64,000 nt of DNA from an uncultured Candidatus Saccharibacteria bacterium (GTDB lineage: Bacteria > Patescibacteriota > Minisyncoccia > Phycocordibacterales > UBA9988): NCBI GenBank assembly GCA_964401135.1, contig CAYNXC010000002.1, positions 16,457 to 80,456 of the forward strand, in the 5' to 3' direction. The notes below the pieces were generated by a model that saw only the letters and a program-made list of their open reading frames with translations, made no database searches and was not told the origin of the DNA. Shown here piece after piece: positions 46,803-57,247 of this stretch (positions are counted from its first letter, which is position 1; each line of letters begins with the position of its first letter). A program made the translations under genes and the position numbers.

Positions 46803-48985
46803 AGTACTTCAGCCTCTACTTCTCCGCCTTGTCTCCCGTACACTTCTCGCGGCTTTGCTCCATCAGCGGGGCCGATAACCCCTCGTTCTTCCAGCATATC
46901 AAGGAGCCGTGCGGCACGAGCATAGCCTACCTTAAGACGGCGCTGGAGGTATGAGGCAGAGGCCTTTCCCGCTTCCATAATAATTTCTCGCGCTTCTTCG
47001 TAGAGCTCATCATCATCCCCACTATCCATCTCATTATCATTCCAAGCTCCCGCACTGGTTCCGCTTCCTGCGTCAGCCCCAACAGAGATATCTTGGGGGA
47101 TTTCATCACGGTAGTGATCACGGAGCCATGAGACAACATGCTTCACTTCTCTCTCAGATATGAAGGCAGATTGAAGTCGTATTGGCTTACTCATATCTCC
47201 CGAGAGATAGAGCATGTCACCAGAGCCAAGTAATTTTTCTGCTCCCGCCATATCAAGAATGGTCCGTGAGTCAATCTGCGAAGCAACTTGGAGGGCAATG
47301 CGTGAAGGGATATTTGCTTTAATCAAACCGGTGATAATTTCTACACTTGGTCGCTGCGTAGATAGGAGAAGGTGTATACCAACCGCGCGAGACATTTGTG
47401 CGAGACGCACGATCCCTGCTTCCATCTCGCGTGGGTAGGTGGTCATAATATCGGCGAGCTCATCAATCACGATGACGATGTACGGCATCCGGTCAGGGAG
47501 ATCAGTCTCATCTCCTCCTTTCTCGTAGGCTGGCTCAACCACATTTTTATGGTAAGACTCAATGTCACGCACTGCCTCTTTCTCAAGAATGTCGTAGCGC
47601 CGATCCATTTCTTTAGCCGCCCACTTGAGTGACATAATAGCTTTTTTTGCGTCAGTTATGACGGGGGTAAGGAGGTGTGGAATATTGTTGTATACCGTGA
47701 GCTCAACTCGCTTTGGGTCTACCATAATGAAGCGGAGTTTATCTGGTGCGTTACGGTACAGGAGGGATGTAATAATGGCGTGAATGGTGACTGACTTTCC
47801 TGATCCGGTTGCACCTGCGACGAGGAGGTGAGGAGCCCTTGCGAAGTTTGCAAAGTGTGCGGTGCCAGCAATCGCTCGGCCAAGAGAGATGAGGAGCGGG
47901 TGATGTGACTCGGCAAACTCTTTTGCGCCAATGAGCGAAGCCATACCCACTTTAATCTTTGAAGTATTTGGTATTTCAATGCCGACGAGAGATTTACCTG
48001 GGATGGGCGCTTCGATGCGGATAGGGTGAGCGGCAAGAGCAAGTGAGAGATCATTCTGGAGTCCTACAATGCGGGCAAGTTTTACTCCCTCTGCAGGTTT
48101 GAGTGCGTAGCGGGTAATAGATGGGCCGATGGAGATCTCATCCATCTCTACAATGATGCCAAAGTTTGCGAGTGTGCGTTTGATGATGTTCGCATTCGCT
48201 TTAATGTCTCCCACACCCGGTTTACCCGAGTCTCCCTCTAAGAGGTCTAATGGGGGTGGTATGAAGCCTTCTGTATTTGCCTTTCCCTTAAACCCAACGA
48301 GGCGGCTGAAGGCGCCCAAGTCTTGTGTGCCGCCGGAGCCGTCATTGATTTTGATTGGGCGTTCCTCTTGCCCCTTACTACCGCTTGTCTCGGTGACTAT
48401 GTTTTTATCTCCACCCAGTACAGTAAGAGGAGTGGTATTGTTTACATCCTCTTCTGAACCATCCTCATCATCTCCTCGGCGGAGCACCTTTCCAAATAGT
48501 TTCCAATCAAGAGTGAGATTAGTCTCAAACATAATAAAGATTGCAATAAGCAGTACAGCAGAGAGAATTGCGAATGCCACATATTGCTCAAATAGATTAA
48601 CTAGTGGACGAGCAATGAGTCCTCCCACCATCCCCCCCGCCGGCTCCCCTGCTGTGAGGTAGAGAAGTCCGAGACTTGAAGCAAAAATAAAGATACTGCT
48701 GATGGTTCTCCATGAAGAGACCGAAGGGTCAGAGAGACGGAAGAAGGATGCGGCTAAGAGAAGGCAGAGTGCCGGTAGTATTAAAAAGCCTCCACCAAGG
48801 ATATGAGAAAGAGATCTGTAGGTGAGTACTCCGGCTGGACCAGCTTTCTCAAAGAAGGCGAGCACAAAGAATATTGCGGCTACAATCGCAAGTACACCAA
48901 GGATGCCGTGCCGAGTTTCTTCCTTCATCTTACGCACTGGCTGTTTTAGCTCCCTTGGCTCGTGTTTTTTTGATCTGCGCGCCAT
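46799..48985 (-). CDS. ftsK: DNA translocase FtsK/SpoIIIE
   Basis: N-terminal TM helices, Walker A GATGSGKS, Walker B VIVIDELAD and a C-terminal gamma wHTH (YEEAREII...SASYLQRRLKVGYARAARLLD). Start taken at MARRSKK (48985). Confidence 0.9.
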   Translation of the reverse strand: MARRSKKHEPRELKQPVRKMKEETRHGILGVLAIVAAIFFVLAFFEKAGPAGVLTYRSLSHILGGGFLILPALCLLLAASFFRLSDPSVSSWRTISSIFIFASSLGLLYLTAGEPAGGMVGGLIARPLVNLFEQYVAFAILSAVLLIAIFIMFETNLTLDWKLFGKVLRRGDDEDGSEEDVNNTTPLTVLGGDKNIVTETSGSKGQEERPIKINDGSGGTQDLGAFSRLVGFKGKANTEGFIPPPLDLLEGDSGKPGVGDIKANANIIKRTLANFGIIVEMDEISIGPSITRYALKPAEGVKLARIVGLQNDLSLALAAHPIRIEAPIPGKSLVGIEIPNTSKIKVGMASLIGAKEFAESHHPLLISLGRAIAGTAHFANFARAPHLLVAGATGSGKSVTIHAIITSLLYRNAPDKLRFIMVDPKRVELTVYNNIPHLLTPVITDAKKAIMSLKWAAKEMDRRYDILEKEAVRDIESYHKNVVEPAYEKGGDETDLPDRMPYIVIVIDELADIMTTYPREMEAGIVRLAQMSRAVGIHLLLSTQRPSVEIITGLIKANIPSRIALQVASQIDSRTILDMAGAEKLLGSGDMLYLSGDMSKPIRLQSAFISEREVKHVVSWLRDHYRDEIPQDISVGADAGSGTSAGAWNDNEMDSGDDDELYEEAREIIMEAGKASASYLQRRLKVGYARAARLLDMLEERGVIGPADGAKPREVYGRQGGEVEAEVL

Positions 48986-49064
48986 AACGGTGGATCCATT
49001 GTAGCACAGCCACCGCGGTGAGATATGCACACGCGTTGACTTCAGCCATGTCCGATATATAATC

Positions 49065-49757
49065 ATGGTTAAAGACAGTCATACAGATGATGTCCCAGAA
49101 ATTATGCTCAAGGACAATGCTAGGGACAATAAAAGACTAAACGATATTCTCTCTTTTGTTCGTGTAAAGATAGAGAGGTTAACCGTTGCTACATACCGAG
49201 TCAGTGATTTTTTGAACGATGCTGAACCGCTCAAGAGACGGCTACGAGAGTATGCACTCAAGACACTCACAGAATCTGGAAGAGAAGATGCTCTCTCTGT
49301 CCTCTCTCCTACCCTTCGTACGATGACTCTCTTATGTGACACTGCGTCTGTAACACGGGTTGGATCGACTATGAACTTTAGTATCCTCTCTGACGAGTAT
49401 TCTTCTCTTATCACACTCATCAGTGATGAATTACTCATCCCTTCTCTCTCTGGGGTGAAGGAGGTTTATCTCTCGTCGTTTACTGTCCCCGTACCACAGA
49501 TTCAAGCAGTACCTTATAAAGGACACCAAAAGGACATAAAGGACAAAGAGATAAAAAATGGCAGTGCAGATCGTTCGGATCGGATTATTGCCTATATCAA
49601 GGACCATCCAGGATCGGGGATAAAAGTTATATCCAAACTTTTTCCCGGGGTAAGTGAGAAGACGGTCCAGCGTGAGTTATTAACCCTCGTCTCTCGTGGG
49701 ATTTTGCAAAAAGAAGGTGAGCGTCGCTGGAGCCGTTATAGCTTAAAAACAGGTTGA
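49065..49757 (+). CDS. Hypothetical protein with C-terminal winged-HTH (DeoR-like) domain
   Basis: The C-terminus RIIAYIKDHPGSGIKVISKLFPGVSEKTVQRELLTLVSRGIL is HTH-like. Confidence 0.6.
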   Translation: MVKDSHTDDVPEIMLKDNARDNKRLNDILSFVRVKIERLTVATYRVSDFLNDAEPLKRRLREYALKTLTESGREDALSVLSPTLRTMTLLCDTASVTRVGSTMNFSILSDEYSSLITLISDELLIPSLSGVKEVYLSSFTVPVPQIQAVPYKGHQKDIKDKEIKNGSADRSDRIIAYIKDHPGSGIKVISKLFPGVSEKTVQRELLTLVSRGILQKEGERRWSRYSLKTG

Positions 49758-50067
49758 CTTTTGGGGCTCAGTGCGGTACCCTTGAGTCTGACAGTACTGA
49801 GCCGTGCGGTTATCCACACGCTCTCTCTTTGCGGAGAGTGTGACCCGCACTATAATTGACTGTATACAGTAATGGTTCGTACTCGGCGTGTCTTGAACAT
49901 TGACAAGTAAATAGTGAAATTCATTTCCAATTGTTATTAACCCGTTGGCGCAATGGTGTGCCGGCGTGTTGGTAAGTAGGTGAATCGCGAATGCGAGTCG
50001 AAGCGCGCGATGATCCGGTATTAAAAAAGGCTTATTAGAATTATTAGGTTATCAGTATTATTAAAAC

Positions 50068-52104
50068 ATGAAAAAAATTGCATTGCTTACCGTTGCAGTG
50101 CTTGCACTTGGTGCTGTCGTAGTGCCCGCTTCAGCGAGCGCGTTGACCGCAAATGAAATCTTGCAAGCGTTGTCAGCGGATCCAGCCCTGCTCTCGCAAC
50201 TACAGGCACTCCTCGGTGGTACAGCCACAACTGGCGGTACATCATCAGCAGGAAGCCTTGCTGCAGTTCAGGCACTTACTAAAGATTTGACTATCGGTTC
50301 AAAGGGTGCGGATGTAACCGCTCTCCAGACCTGGCTCGTAGAGGAAGGATACATGGTAATGCCGGTAGGCGTTCCTATGGGATACTTTGGGACTTTGACA
50401 CAGAAGGCCCTCGCACAGTGGCAAGCAGAGAATGCAGTCACTCCTGCAGCAGGATACTTTGGTCCTAAGACCCGAGGCGTTATCGCTACACTCTCAAGCA
50501 CAGTCACTCCTGGCGGCACCTTGCCAGCAGGTTGTACTTCAACAGCTGGTTACAGTTCCACAACTGGTGCAAAGTGTGATGGTTCCACAACTGGTTCAAC
50601 CACTGGTGGAACAATCTCAACACCCGGTGTTGAAGGTACGCTTTCTGCAACACAGTCAACATCCGGAATCAGTTCAACTATCTATGAAGGTGATGATCAG
50701 GTAGCTATCCTCGGTGTTAAACTTGAGGCAGACAGCTCTGACATCATGGTTCAGAGAGTGAAGATTGACCTTGGTACAACCACGAAGATCTACAACAAGA
50801 TCTACTCAAAGTTGTATGTCACTGAAGGAGGTAACCTCCTTGCAGAGGCAGCACTCAACTCATCCACAGTGGTGAAAGAGAGCGGCCGCTACTACATTAC
50901 GATCTCAGGCTTCAACCTCCTTGTTCCTAAGGATGGTTCCAAGACGGTCGTAATCAAGGCGGATGTGTACTCAAGCATTGATTCAACAGATCGTAGCGCT
51001 GGTGACATTACCCTCTCATGGGGTGTTCGCCTAGCTTCAAATGGTTTCCGTGGTGTTGATGGTGCTGGTATTGACCAGTACGCAGGTACAACTTCAATCG
51101 GTAAGTCGATTACTATATCGGCAAGCCTCGTTGAATCAGCAACACTTGACCTCGCAGATAACTCAAGCTCTCCTTCAGCAGCCGATGTAGTTGCTGCAGA
51201 TGGTTCAGCAAACAATGAACTTGATAAGTTGACCCTCCTCACTTTCAACCTTACTGCAAAGAAGGATGATGTGACAGTGACCGACCTTGCAATTGATATT
51301 GACAAGGGAGGCACCGGTGGAGCAACAGCTTCAACAACAGTGTACCTCTATGAGGGTGACACTGAGCTCGAAAACGCAACTGTTGATAGCAGTGCTGCAA
51401 ACGGCAGCTATGTAGTCTTCTCAAGCGACGAGCTCTTCACAGTTTCAAAGGATGCGACCAAGACCTTGACTGTTAAGGTTGATGTCCGAAACGCTAATGG
51501 AACAGTGTCGACGCTGTCAGCGACTGCTTCTTCATCTGGTATCACTGCTGAGAACTCACAAGGCGACACAGTGTCAGTCAGTGGTTCAGCAACTGGCGAG
51601 TCACAGTATGTACGTAATGTTGGTCCAGTGTTCACATTGGTATCAAAGAGTGTAGAGCGCTCAGTTTCAACTGACAATCAAATCTCTACAACCACATCAC
51701 AAGCAACCTTCACCGTTAAGGTAAAGGCAGTAGGTGGCAGTATCACCTTTGGTTCTGTTGCTTCTACCGCTCCGATGTTTGGTAGCTCAACTCCGTACTT
51801 CGTGACCTATGTCAACGGTGCAGCGCAGACGCTCCTGGTCGCTTCATCCACAGACTTCTCAATCCCTTCATCGGGAGTGACCACGTCTGGATTGGATAAC
51901 AGCTTCACCTTGGCAGAAAACAATGAAGTAACCATCCCAGTATCATTCACCTTTGTCAGTAAGACTGCGGCTGGCGCAAATGCGTTTACAGGTTCAAACT
52001 CTGTCGCGACTGCGCTTGAGCGCATCCGCTGGGCAGGTGCACAGACCACGACCTTTATGGCTGGCGACACTGATTGGAGAGCTTCAAGCGTAACAATGCC
52101 GTAA
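50068..52104 (+). CDS. Secreted cell-envelope protein with N-terminal peptidoglycan-binding domain and long Ser/Thr-rich beta-rich region
   Basis: Signal peptide, then the PG_binding_1-like segment GSKGADVTALQTWL...GYFGTLTQKALAQWQ...GYFGPKTR. 678 aa. Confidence 0.75.
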   Translation: MKKIALLTVAVLALGAVVVPASASALTANEILQALSADPALLSQLQALLGGTATTGGTSSAGSLAAVQALTKDLTIGSKGADVTALQTWLVEEGYMVMPVGVPMGYFGTLTQKALAQWQAENAVTPAAGYFGPKTRGVIATLSSTVTPGGTLPAGCTSTAGYSSTTGAKCDGSTTGSTTGGTISTPGVEGTLSATQSTSGISSTIYEGDDQVAILGVKLEADSSDIMVQRVKIDLGTTTKIYNKIYSKLYVTEGGNLLAEAALNSSTVVKESGRYYITISGFNLLVPKDGSKTVVIKADVYSSIDSTDRSAGDITLSWGVRLASNGFRGVDGAGIDQYAGTTSIGKSITISASLVESATLDLADNSSSPSAADVVAADGSANNELDKLTLLTFNLTAKKDDVTVTDLAIDIDKGGTGGATASTTVYLYEGDTELENATVDSSAANGSYVVFSSDELFTVSKDATKTLTVKVDVRNANGTVSTLSATASSSGITAENSQGDTVSVSGSATGESQYVRNVGPVFTLVSKSVERSVSTDNQISTTTSQATFTVKVKAVGGSITFGSVASTAPMFGSSTPYFVTYVNGAAQTLLVASSTDFSIPSSGVTTSGLDNSFTLAENNEVTIPVSFTFVSKTAAGANAFTGSNSVATALERIRWAGAQTTTFMAGDTDWRASSVTMP

Positions 52105-52125
52105 ACAGCTACTTGTGATAGCTTC

Positions 52126-52151
52126 AAAAACACCCCTTCGGGGGTGTTTTT
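52126..52151 (+). terminator. Intrinsic terminator
   Basis: AAAAACACCCC-ttcg-GGGGTGTTTTT, followed by further T-runs. Confidence 0.8.
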
Positions 52152-52199
52152 GTTTTGTATTTTTTTGTGTAGTAATGGAGGATGTATTAAAATGAATAT

Positions 52200-53189
52200 A
52201 TGGCAGATGCTCCCCCTCCGAGTCCGCAAAATATGGACGGGTTTTGGCTCATTGCAATTCTCTCTCTCGTCTTTTTTGTGTGGGTGTCACAAGGTGGACC
52301 AACGCAATTTGAAGCAGGGAAGAACGCGACCAGCACTTGGCGTAGAGCAACGACAAATACTTCTTCACGCACAACAAAAACACCATCAAATACGAGTAGC
52401 ACAAAAGGCAGTACTACGAGTATAAAAAATTCCCCATACGCAGGGAAAGTAAGGATTACGAGTAAGGGGAGCGCCGCATCAGCAATTCAAGTCAACCAAG
52501 AGTATATTACCCTTCAAAATACAACACGAGACGAGTATATTGCTATCTCGGGATGGAAGCTCGTTAACGGTCGTGACTCACGCTACTACTCGACCAGTAG
52601 CTCTACACAACTTATCTATTACAAACCAGACTCGGTGGTGATCCCCTCTGGTACGCGCTATTTGACAGGGAAGACAAAAAACACCCTCTCCCTCATTGTG
52701 CTTGCACCAAAAGATCGCGCCCATATTGTTACGGGGAAGATGCCCAACCAATCCCCCTACGCAATCCCCTCAAGTTTTAAGTTGAACAAATGTGTCGGGT
52801 ACATTGAGGCGCTCTCTCTGTATAAATTCACTCCAGCAGTGAGTCTGCAGTGCCCTGCCCCTTCAAAAGAGACAGATATCAATAATCTAGAACAATCGTG
52901 TTACGACTATGTCCGGAGACTCTCACGCTGTCACACTCCAGAATTCAGGGTGGTGGAGGGGATTGATTATGTTGACTCAACCACAGGCCTGTCAGAATAT
53001 TGCAAGCGCTATGTGAGGGAGCGATTTTCGTACGATGGCTGTCTGACGCGATATGCAAGTGATGAAGATTTCTTGAGCCCGATATGGTATGTGTACCTTA
53101 ACTATTCACACCAACTCTGGGATGTGAATCGCGATCGGATTTTGCTCTATGATGCACAGGGTAAGCTGATTGATGAGTTAAAGTACTAA
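52200..53189 (+). CDS. Membrane-anchored protein with lamin-tail-like domain
   Basis: TM helix, Ser/Thr-rich linker, then INQEYITLQNTTRDEYIAISGWKLVNG, which resembles the LTD motif. Confidence 0.55.
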   Translation: MADAPPPSPQNMDGFWLIAILSLVFFVWVSQGGPTQFEAGKNATSTWRRATTNTSSRTTKTPSNTSSTKGSTTSIKNSPYAGKVRITSKGSAASAIQVNQEYITLQNTTRDEYIAISGWKLVNGRDSRYYSTSSSTQLIYYKPDSVVIPSGTRYLTGKTKNTLSLIVLAPKDRAHIVTGKMPNQSPYAIPSSFKLNKCVGYIEALSLYKFTPAVSLQCPAPSKETDINNLEQSCYDYVRRLSRCHTPEFRVVEGIDYVDSTTGLSEYCKRYVRERFSYDGCLTRYASDEDFLSPIWYVYLNYSHQLWDVNRDRILLYDAQGKLIDELKY

Positions 53190-53193
53190 GGCT

Positions 53194-54489
53194 ATGAAAT
53201 ATATCTCGCTCATACTCTCCGGACTGGCACTTACAAGCGGTACAGCGGTCTTTGCAGCGACAAGTGCGATTACAACAATTGAGGTAACATCAGACGCGCA
53301 AACAGTTGCACCGAATGCTGTATCAGGAAAGATCACCGTCTCTCTCAAGAATGCAAGCGGGGAGTCAGAAAAGATAGATGAGTCATCAAATAAACTTTCT
53401 CTCATCAGCAGTTCAGCTACTGGTGAATTTTCTTCCAATGCGGATAATTGGGAAAAAATAAACGAGCTTACGGTGAATAAAAATACCGCAAGTCGCGGTT
53501 TTTATTATAAAGATGGTACTGAAGGACTTCATATACTTTCCTTTGTGCTTACTAGTGGAGAGACGGGAAAGAACTGGTCTACTACGCATAAGATTACTAT
53601 TGGGAGCGGGGGAACGGCGAGCTCAACAGGGGATGCGAGCACGACAACAGCAACTACTGCCAGTACCACCGCTACTAACAATGTAAACTCTTCTTCTGCT
53701 GGTGGATCTAGTCTCTCCTCCCACGAGAGTTCAGCAAGAGTTACAAATATACTCCTCGCGCCTCCCTTCTCCATATCAGCTGGTCGTGAGCGTTTGGGAA
53801 ATACCGGTGCACCACTCCTCTTTCATGCAGTGAGTAACATTAAAGAAATTGGAGGAGTGAACTACCGTTGGTCCTTTGGAGATGGGAGTGGTGGCACTGG
53901 AGCACTGATTTCTCATCAGTATCAATTACCCGGTCTCTATACAGTCGTGCTCATGGGTACGCGCGGTACTGAAGAAGCAGTATCTCGGACCCGTGTTCGG
54001 ATTATTACTCCTGATCTACATATCATACGCACCATGCGATCGGCTGATGGCGCACTCTCTCTTGTGGTAAAGAATCGTAGTGACTATGAGTGCAACATTG
54101 GACGATTTGCCGTACGGGCAGGATCTAGTACTGAGACATTTGCTCCCGACACCATTATCCCGGCACAGAGCGAAGTCTCTCTTGTTACGGGCGTTCCTTA
54201 CCAGAGCGGAGTACCGGTATCTCTCGTTGCACCGAATAGAGCCATACTCACGACGGAGACCAGAACAGACTCATCGTTACAGAGACTCGCAATAGCACTG
54301 AGGAGTCTCCCCCGTCAAAACATCTCTCCTCACAATCCCTCTCTCCCTCCTCAGATTCTTGTTGGCAGTACTACTTCTGTTTTTCTTCGTGCATCAGGAG
54401 AGAGTCAGCGGGCCGGGCTTATAGTGGTGCCAAAGAGTAAAGAGCGTGGATTCTTAGAGAAGTTCTGGAAACGATTGTGGGATAGGTGA
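53194..54489 (+). CDS. Secreted protein with PKD domain
   Basis: Signal peptide. YRWSFGDGSGGTGALISHQYQLPGLYTVVL is a PKD signature. Confidence 0.65.
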   Translation: MKYISLILSGLALTSGTAVFAATSAITTIEVTSDAQTVAPNAVSGKITVSLKNASGESEKIDESSNKLSLISSSATGEFSSNADNWEKINELTVNKNTASRGFYYKDGTEGLHILSFVLTSGETGKNWSTTHKITIGSGGTASSTGDASTTTATTASTTATNNVNSSSAGGSSLSSHESSARVTNILLAPPFSISAGRERLGNTGAPLLFHAVSNIKEIGGVNYRWSFGDGSGGTGALISHQYQLPGLYTVVLMGTRGTEEAVSRTRVRIITPDLHIIRTMRSADGALSLVVKNRSDYECNIGRFAVRAGSSTETFAPDTIIPAQSEVSLVTGVPYQSGVPVSLVAPNRAILTTETRTDSSLQRLAIALRSLPRQNISPHNPSLPPQILVGSTTSVFLRASGESQRAGLIVVPKSKERGFLEKFWKRLWDR

Positions 54490-54735
54490 TATACTACAGG
54501 CACTATGCGTTATTTTAATGGGACTTTCTGGAAAATGTTTGCCGGATTTCTCTGTATTATTCTTCTCGGTGTTGTGGGGGTACTACTCTTGGGCTCTGCA
54601 TCCAAGGACGCCCCGCAAGAGGGCTTTACAACGAGTATTGGATAGGATATATTCTTTAGGAACCGGAGACAGTAGGCATTCAAGTCCTACCGAGGGGTCG
54701 AACGGTTTTTAGTAGCCGTTTTTTTGTTCAATAGT

Positions 54736-55230
54736 ATGGCAATTAGTAGAGAGAAAAAGAAAGAAATTCTTGGAAGATTACAACGAGTGATACGCGATTC
54801 AGCCTCTCTCGTCTTTGTGAACTTCCATGGCTTACACTCAAAAGACACAGCACTGTTACGGAAAGGACTCCGAGAGAAAGGTGTGTCGTATACAGTTGCG
54901 AAAAAGACACTGATAAAAAAAGCACTTGAAGATACTCGGGAAGCAGGTGCTCTCCCTGAACTCGGCGGTGAGGTAGGTATCGCCTACGGGGATGATGCTC
55001 TTGCACCTGCTCGAGAGATATGGCAGTTCTCAAAGACGCGCAAGGATGCACTCCGTATTCTTGGCGGCCTCTTCGAGGGTTCTTTTCGAGATGCGGGTAG
55101 TATGATAGAGATTGCGAGTATCCCTGGTAAGGAGATTCTGTACGGGAAGCTTGCCTTCTTAATCCAGTCGCCACTGACAAGATTAGTGGTAGCTCTTGAT
55201 CAGATTGCACAGAAAAAAGATAATAATTAA
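54736..55230 (+). CDS. rplJ: 50S ribosomal protein L10
   Basis: [15 protein letters not shown]...LVFVNFHGL...[17 protein letters not shown]. The ATG at 54736 is preferred to the TTG at 54724. Confidence 0.92.
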   Translation: MAISREKKKEILGRLQRVIRDSASLVFVNFHGLHSKDTALLRKGLREKGVSYTVAKKTLIKKALEDTREAGALPELGGEVGIAYGDDALAPAREIWQFSKTRKDALRILGGLFEGSFRDAGSMIEIASIPGKEILYGKLAFLIQSPLTRLVVALDQIAQKKDNN

Positions 55231-55235
55231 TCACT

Positions 55236-55613
55236 ATGGCAGACGAAAAATTCAAGGATATCATTGAAAAGATAGAGTCACTCTCCGTACTTGACCTGCA
55301 TGAATTGGTCAAGGCGTTGGAGGAGAAGTTTGGTGTGTCAGCAGCTGCTGTCGCGGTAGCCGCACCAGGAGCAGGAGCCGCAGGAGCTGAGGCTGAGGCA
55401 AAGGACTCGTTCACTGTTGAGCTGACTTCAGCGGGTGATAACAAGATTGGGGTGATCAAGGCATTAAAAGAGGCTCTTGGTCTAGGACTGAAAGAGGCAA
55501 AGGATCTTGCAGAAGGTGCCCCTGCCGTCTTAAAGGAGGGAGTGAAGAAGGAGGATGCCGATGCGCTCAAGAAAGCTCTTGAAGATGCCGGCGGAAAGGT
55601 AACACTGAAATAG
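55236..55613 (+). CDS. rplL: 50S ribosomal protein L7/L12
   Basis: Ala-rich hinge and C-terminus [50 protein letters not shown]. Confidence 0.95.
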   Translation: MADEKFKDIIEKIESLSVLDLHELVKALEEKFGVSAAAVAVAAPGAGAAGAEAEAKDSFTVELTSAGDNKIGVIKALKEALGLGLKEAKDLAEGAPAVLKEGVKKEDADALKKALEDAGGKVTLK

Positions 55614-55633
55614 CCCATATACTATAATTTCCG

Positions 55634-55669
55634 AAGTCGGACTTCCGCCTCCGGGAGGTGGTCCGACTT
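55634..55669 (+). terminator. Hairpin terminator after rplL
   Basis: AAGTCGGAC...GTCCGACTT forms a 9-bp outer stem with an inner GC-rich hairpin. The T-tract is weak. Confidence 0.5.
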
Positions 55670-55708
55670 TGTTCGTATTCTTTGATTTTTTACTACCTCG
55701 GGTGTAGG

Positions 55709-56326
55709 ATGGCTCTAATGGAAATACTGCCAAAGCTCTTCGGCCCTGTCCGGCTTAAGGTGCTCCGATTCTTTCTCCAGCATCAAGATGGCCTCTATGA
55801 GGATAAAGATATTGCCAAGCGCCTCAAGGTCTCTGTTCCTGCTCTTCGAAAAGAGTTGAAGTTGCTTGAGAGTGTCGGTCTTATTAAGCACAAGTTAGCC
55901 CATGCCCCCGTCACTTCTACCCGTGGAGGGCGGCGCACTTTTAATGGATGGTTCCTCCAGCGCATTTCTGTTATCGGGCCACTGAAAAAATTCATATTCA
56001 ATTCCGTCCCGTTTAAGAATGATGAAGTGGTAAAGCGCCTACGAGGGGTTGGCAAGATTAAATTGTTAATCGTATCAGGCGTCTTTATTCAAGCAGACAT
56101 GACACCTGCTGATATTCTGATTGTGGGAGATAATTTACGACGGGGAGTAGCAGACGGCGCCCTTCGTACAATGGAAGCAGAAATTGGTCGGGAGCTCAAT
56201 TACGCATTATTTGAAACACACGATTTTCTCTACCGTCTTGAGGCCTACGATAAATTCATTCGAGAAATATTTGAAGGACCGCATATAAAGATCATTGATC
56301 GCCTGGGATTGAAAGAGCAAGAATAA
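55709..56326 (+). CDS. Winged-HTH (ArsR-like) domain protein
   Basis: VRLKVLRFFLQHQDGLYEDKDIAKRLKVSVPALRKELKLLESVGLI. Start taken at MALMEIL. Confidence 0.6.
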   Translation: MALMEILPKLFGPVRLKVLRFFLQHQDGLYEDKDIAKRLKVSVPALRKELKLLESVGLIKHKLAHAPVTSTRGGRRTFNGWFLQRISVIGPLKKFIFNSVPFKNDEVVKRLRGVGKIKLLIVSGVFIQADMTPADILIVGDNLRRGVADGALRTMEAEIGRELNYALFETHDFLYRLEAYDKFIREIFEGPHIKIIDRLGLKEQE

Positions 56327-56440
56327 GTAAACGGTTATCCACAACTATAGATACTAGGGAAGCACAACATCCGCGCTGGAGTGTTATCATAGAGGTTGGT
56401 CATCAAAAGCATTTTATCAGTAGTATAATTCTTTGTATCT

Positions 56441-57199
56441 ATGTACGATTCTATCACGGCAGCTGTCGCAACAACGGCACCTCAAGTGGTGGGTACGACC
56501 GGAGCTTTTTCAATTCTCTCTGACTCCGGGGCGGCACTCACCTCATCGTTTGAGAAAATCGCGGCTGGTATTTATATCTTCGCACCTCGTATCATTATCG
56601 CAATCCTTATCCTTGTTCTTGGATGGGTCATTGGTGCATTCTTGGAGCGAGCAGTGAGGGAAGTGCTACGCTCACTCAAGATGGATCGCGCTCTCGCTAA
56701 TGTGGGGGTTGACGAGCTCGTCTCTCACACCGGAATGCAGCTCAATAGCGGCTCTTTCATCGGTGGGCTCATCAAGTGGTTTATCATCGCGGTCTTTCTC
56801 GTTGCTGCGGTTAATGTGCTTGGCTTGGTTGATCTCAATGTCTTTTTGAATGTCATTGTGCTCTCCTTCCTTCCAAACATCATTGTCTCCGCGCTCGTCT
56901 TAATGGTTGCCGCGATACTCTCTGATGCAGTGCAGCGCCTTGTATACTTTTCTGCAAAGGGGACGGGAGTAAAGTCAGCACACCTCTTAGGGCTCATCGC
57001 AAAGTGGTCAATCTGGATCTTTGCTCTCTTGGTAGTGATGAATCAACTCAATATCGGAGCAGAGTTTGCTCAAATCCTCTTCACTGGGATCATCTTTATG
57101 GTAGCGCTCGCAGGAGGTCTTGCCTTTGGTCTTGGAGGACGGGATTGGGCAGCAGGCATCTTGGAGCGGGTTACTGATGATTTGGGTGGCAAAAAGTAG
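56441..57199 (+). CDS. Integral membrane protein with conserved-TM-helix repeats (mechanosensitive-channel-related N-terminal type)
   Basis: 252 aa. Repeated TM helix units (ILILVLGWVIGAFLERAV..., IKWFIIAVFLVAAVNVLGL..., IAKWSIWIFALLVVMNQLNI...). Confidence 0.6.
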   Translation: MYDSITAAVATTAPQVVGTTGAFSILSDSGAALTSSFEKIAAGIYIFAPRIIIAILILVLGWVIGAFLERAVREVLRSLKMDRALANVGVDELVSHTGMQLNSGSFIGGLIKWFIIAVFLVAAVNVLGLVDLNVFLNVIVLSFLPNIIVSALVLMVAAILSDAVQRLVYFSAKGTGVKSAHLLGLIAKWSIWIFALLVVMNQLNIGAEFAQILFTGIIFMVALAGGLAFGLGGRDWAAGILERVTDDLGGKK

Positions 57200-57247
57200 T
57201 ATTCTCTAGATGTAAGAATGGTGTCAATGAAGCCCTTTTTGGGCAGG

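Noticed and set aside
49810-49818. Perfect DnaA boxes TTATCCACA at 49810-49818, 56335-43 and 16333-41, raising the idea of an oriC in the 49.8-kb intergenic region, which also has an AT-rich tail.
   Set aside because: There is only one box per site, and one of them is inside a coding region. No cluster of near-consensus boxes is present and no dnaA or dnaN is nearby. Three isolated 9-mers in 128 kb of two-strand sequence is not compelling.
54743-55618. 291-aa minus-strand ORF.
   Set aside because: It is antisense to rplJ and rplL and reflects their Ala/Glu/Lys-rich codon composition.
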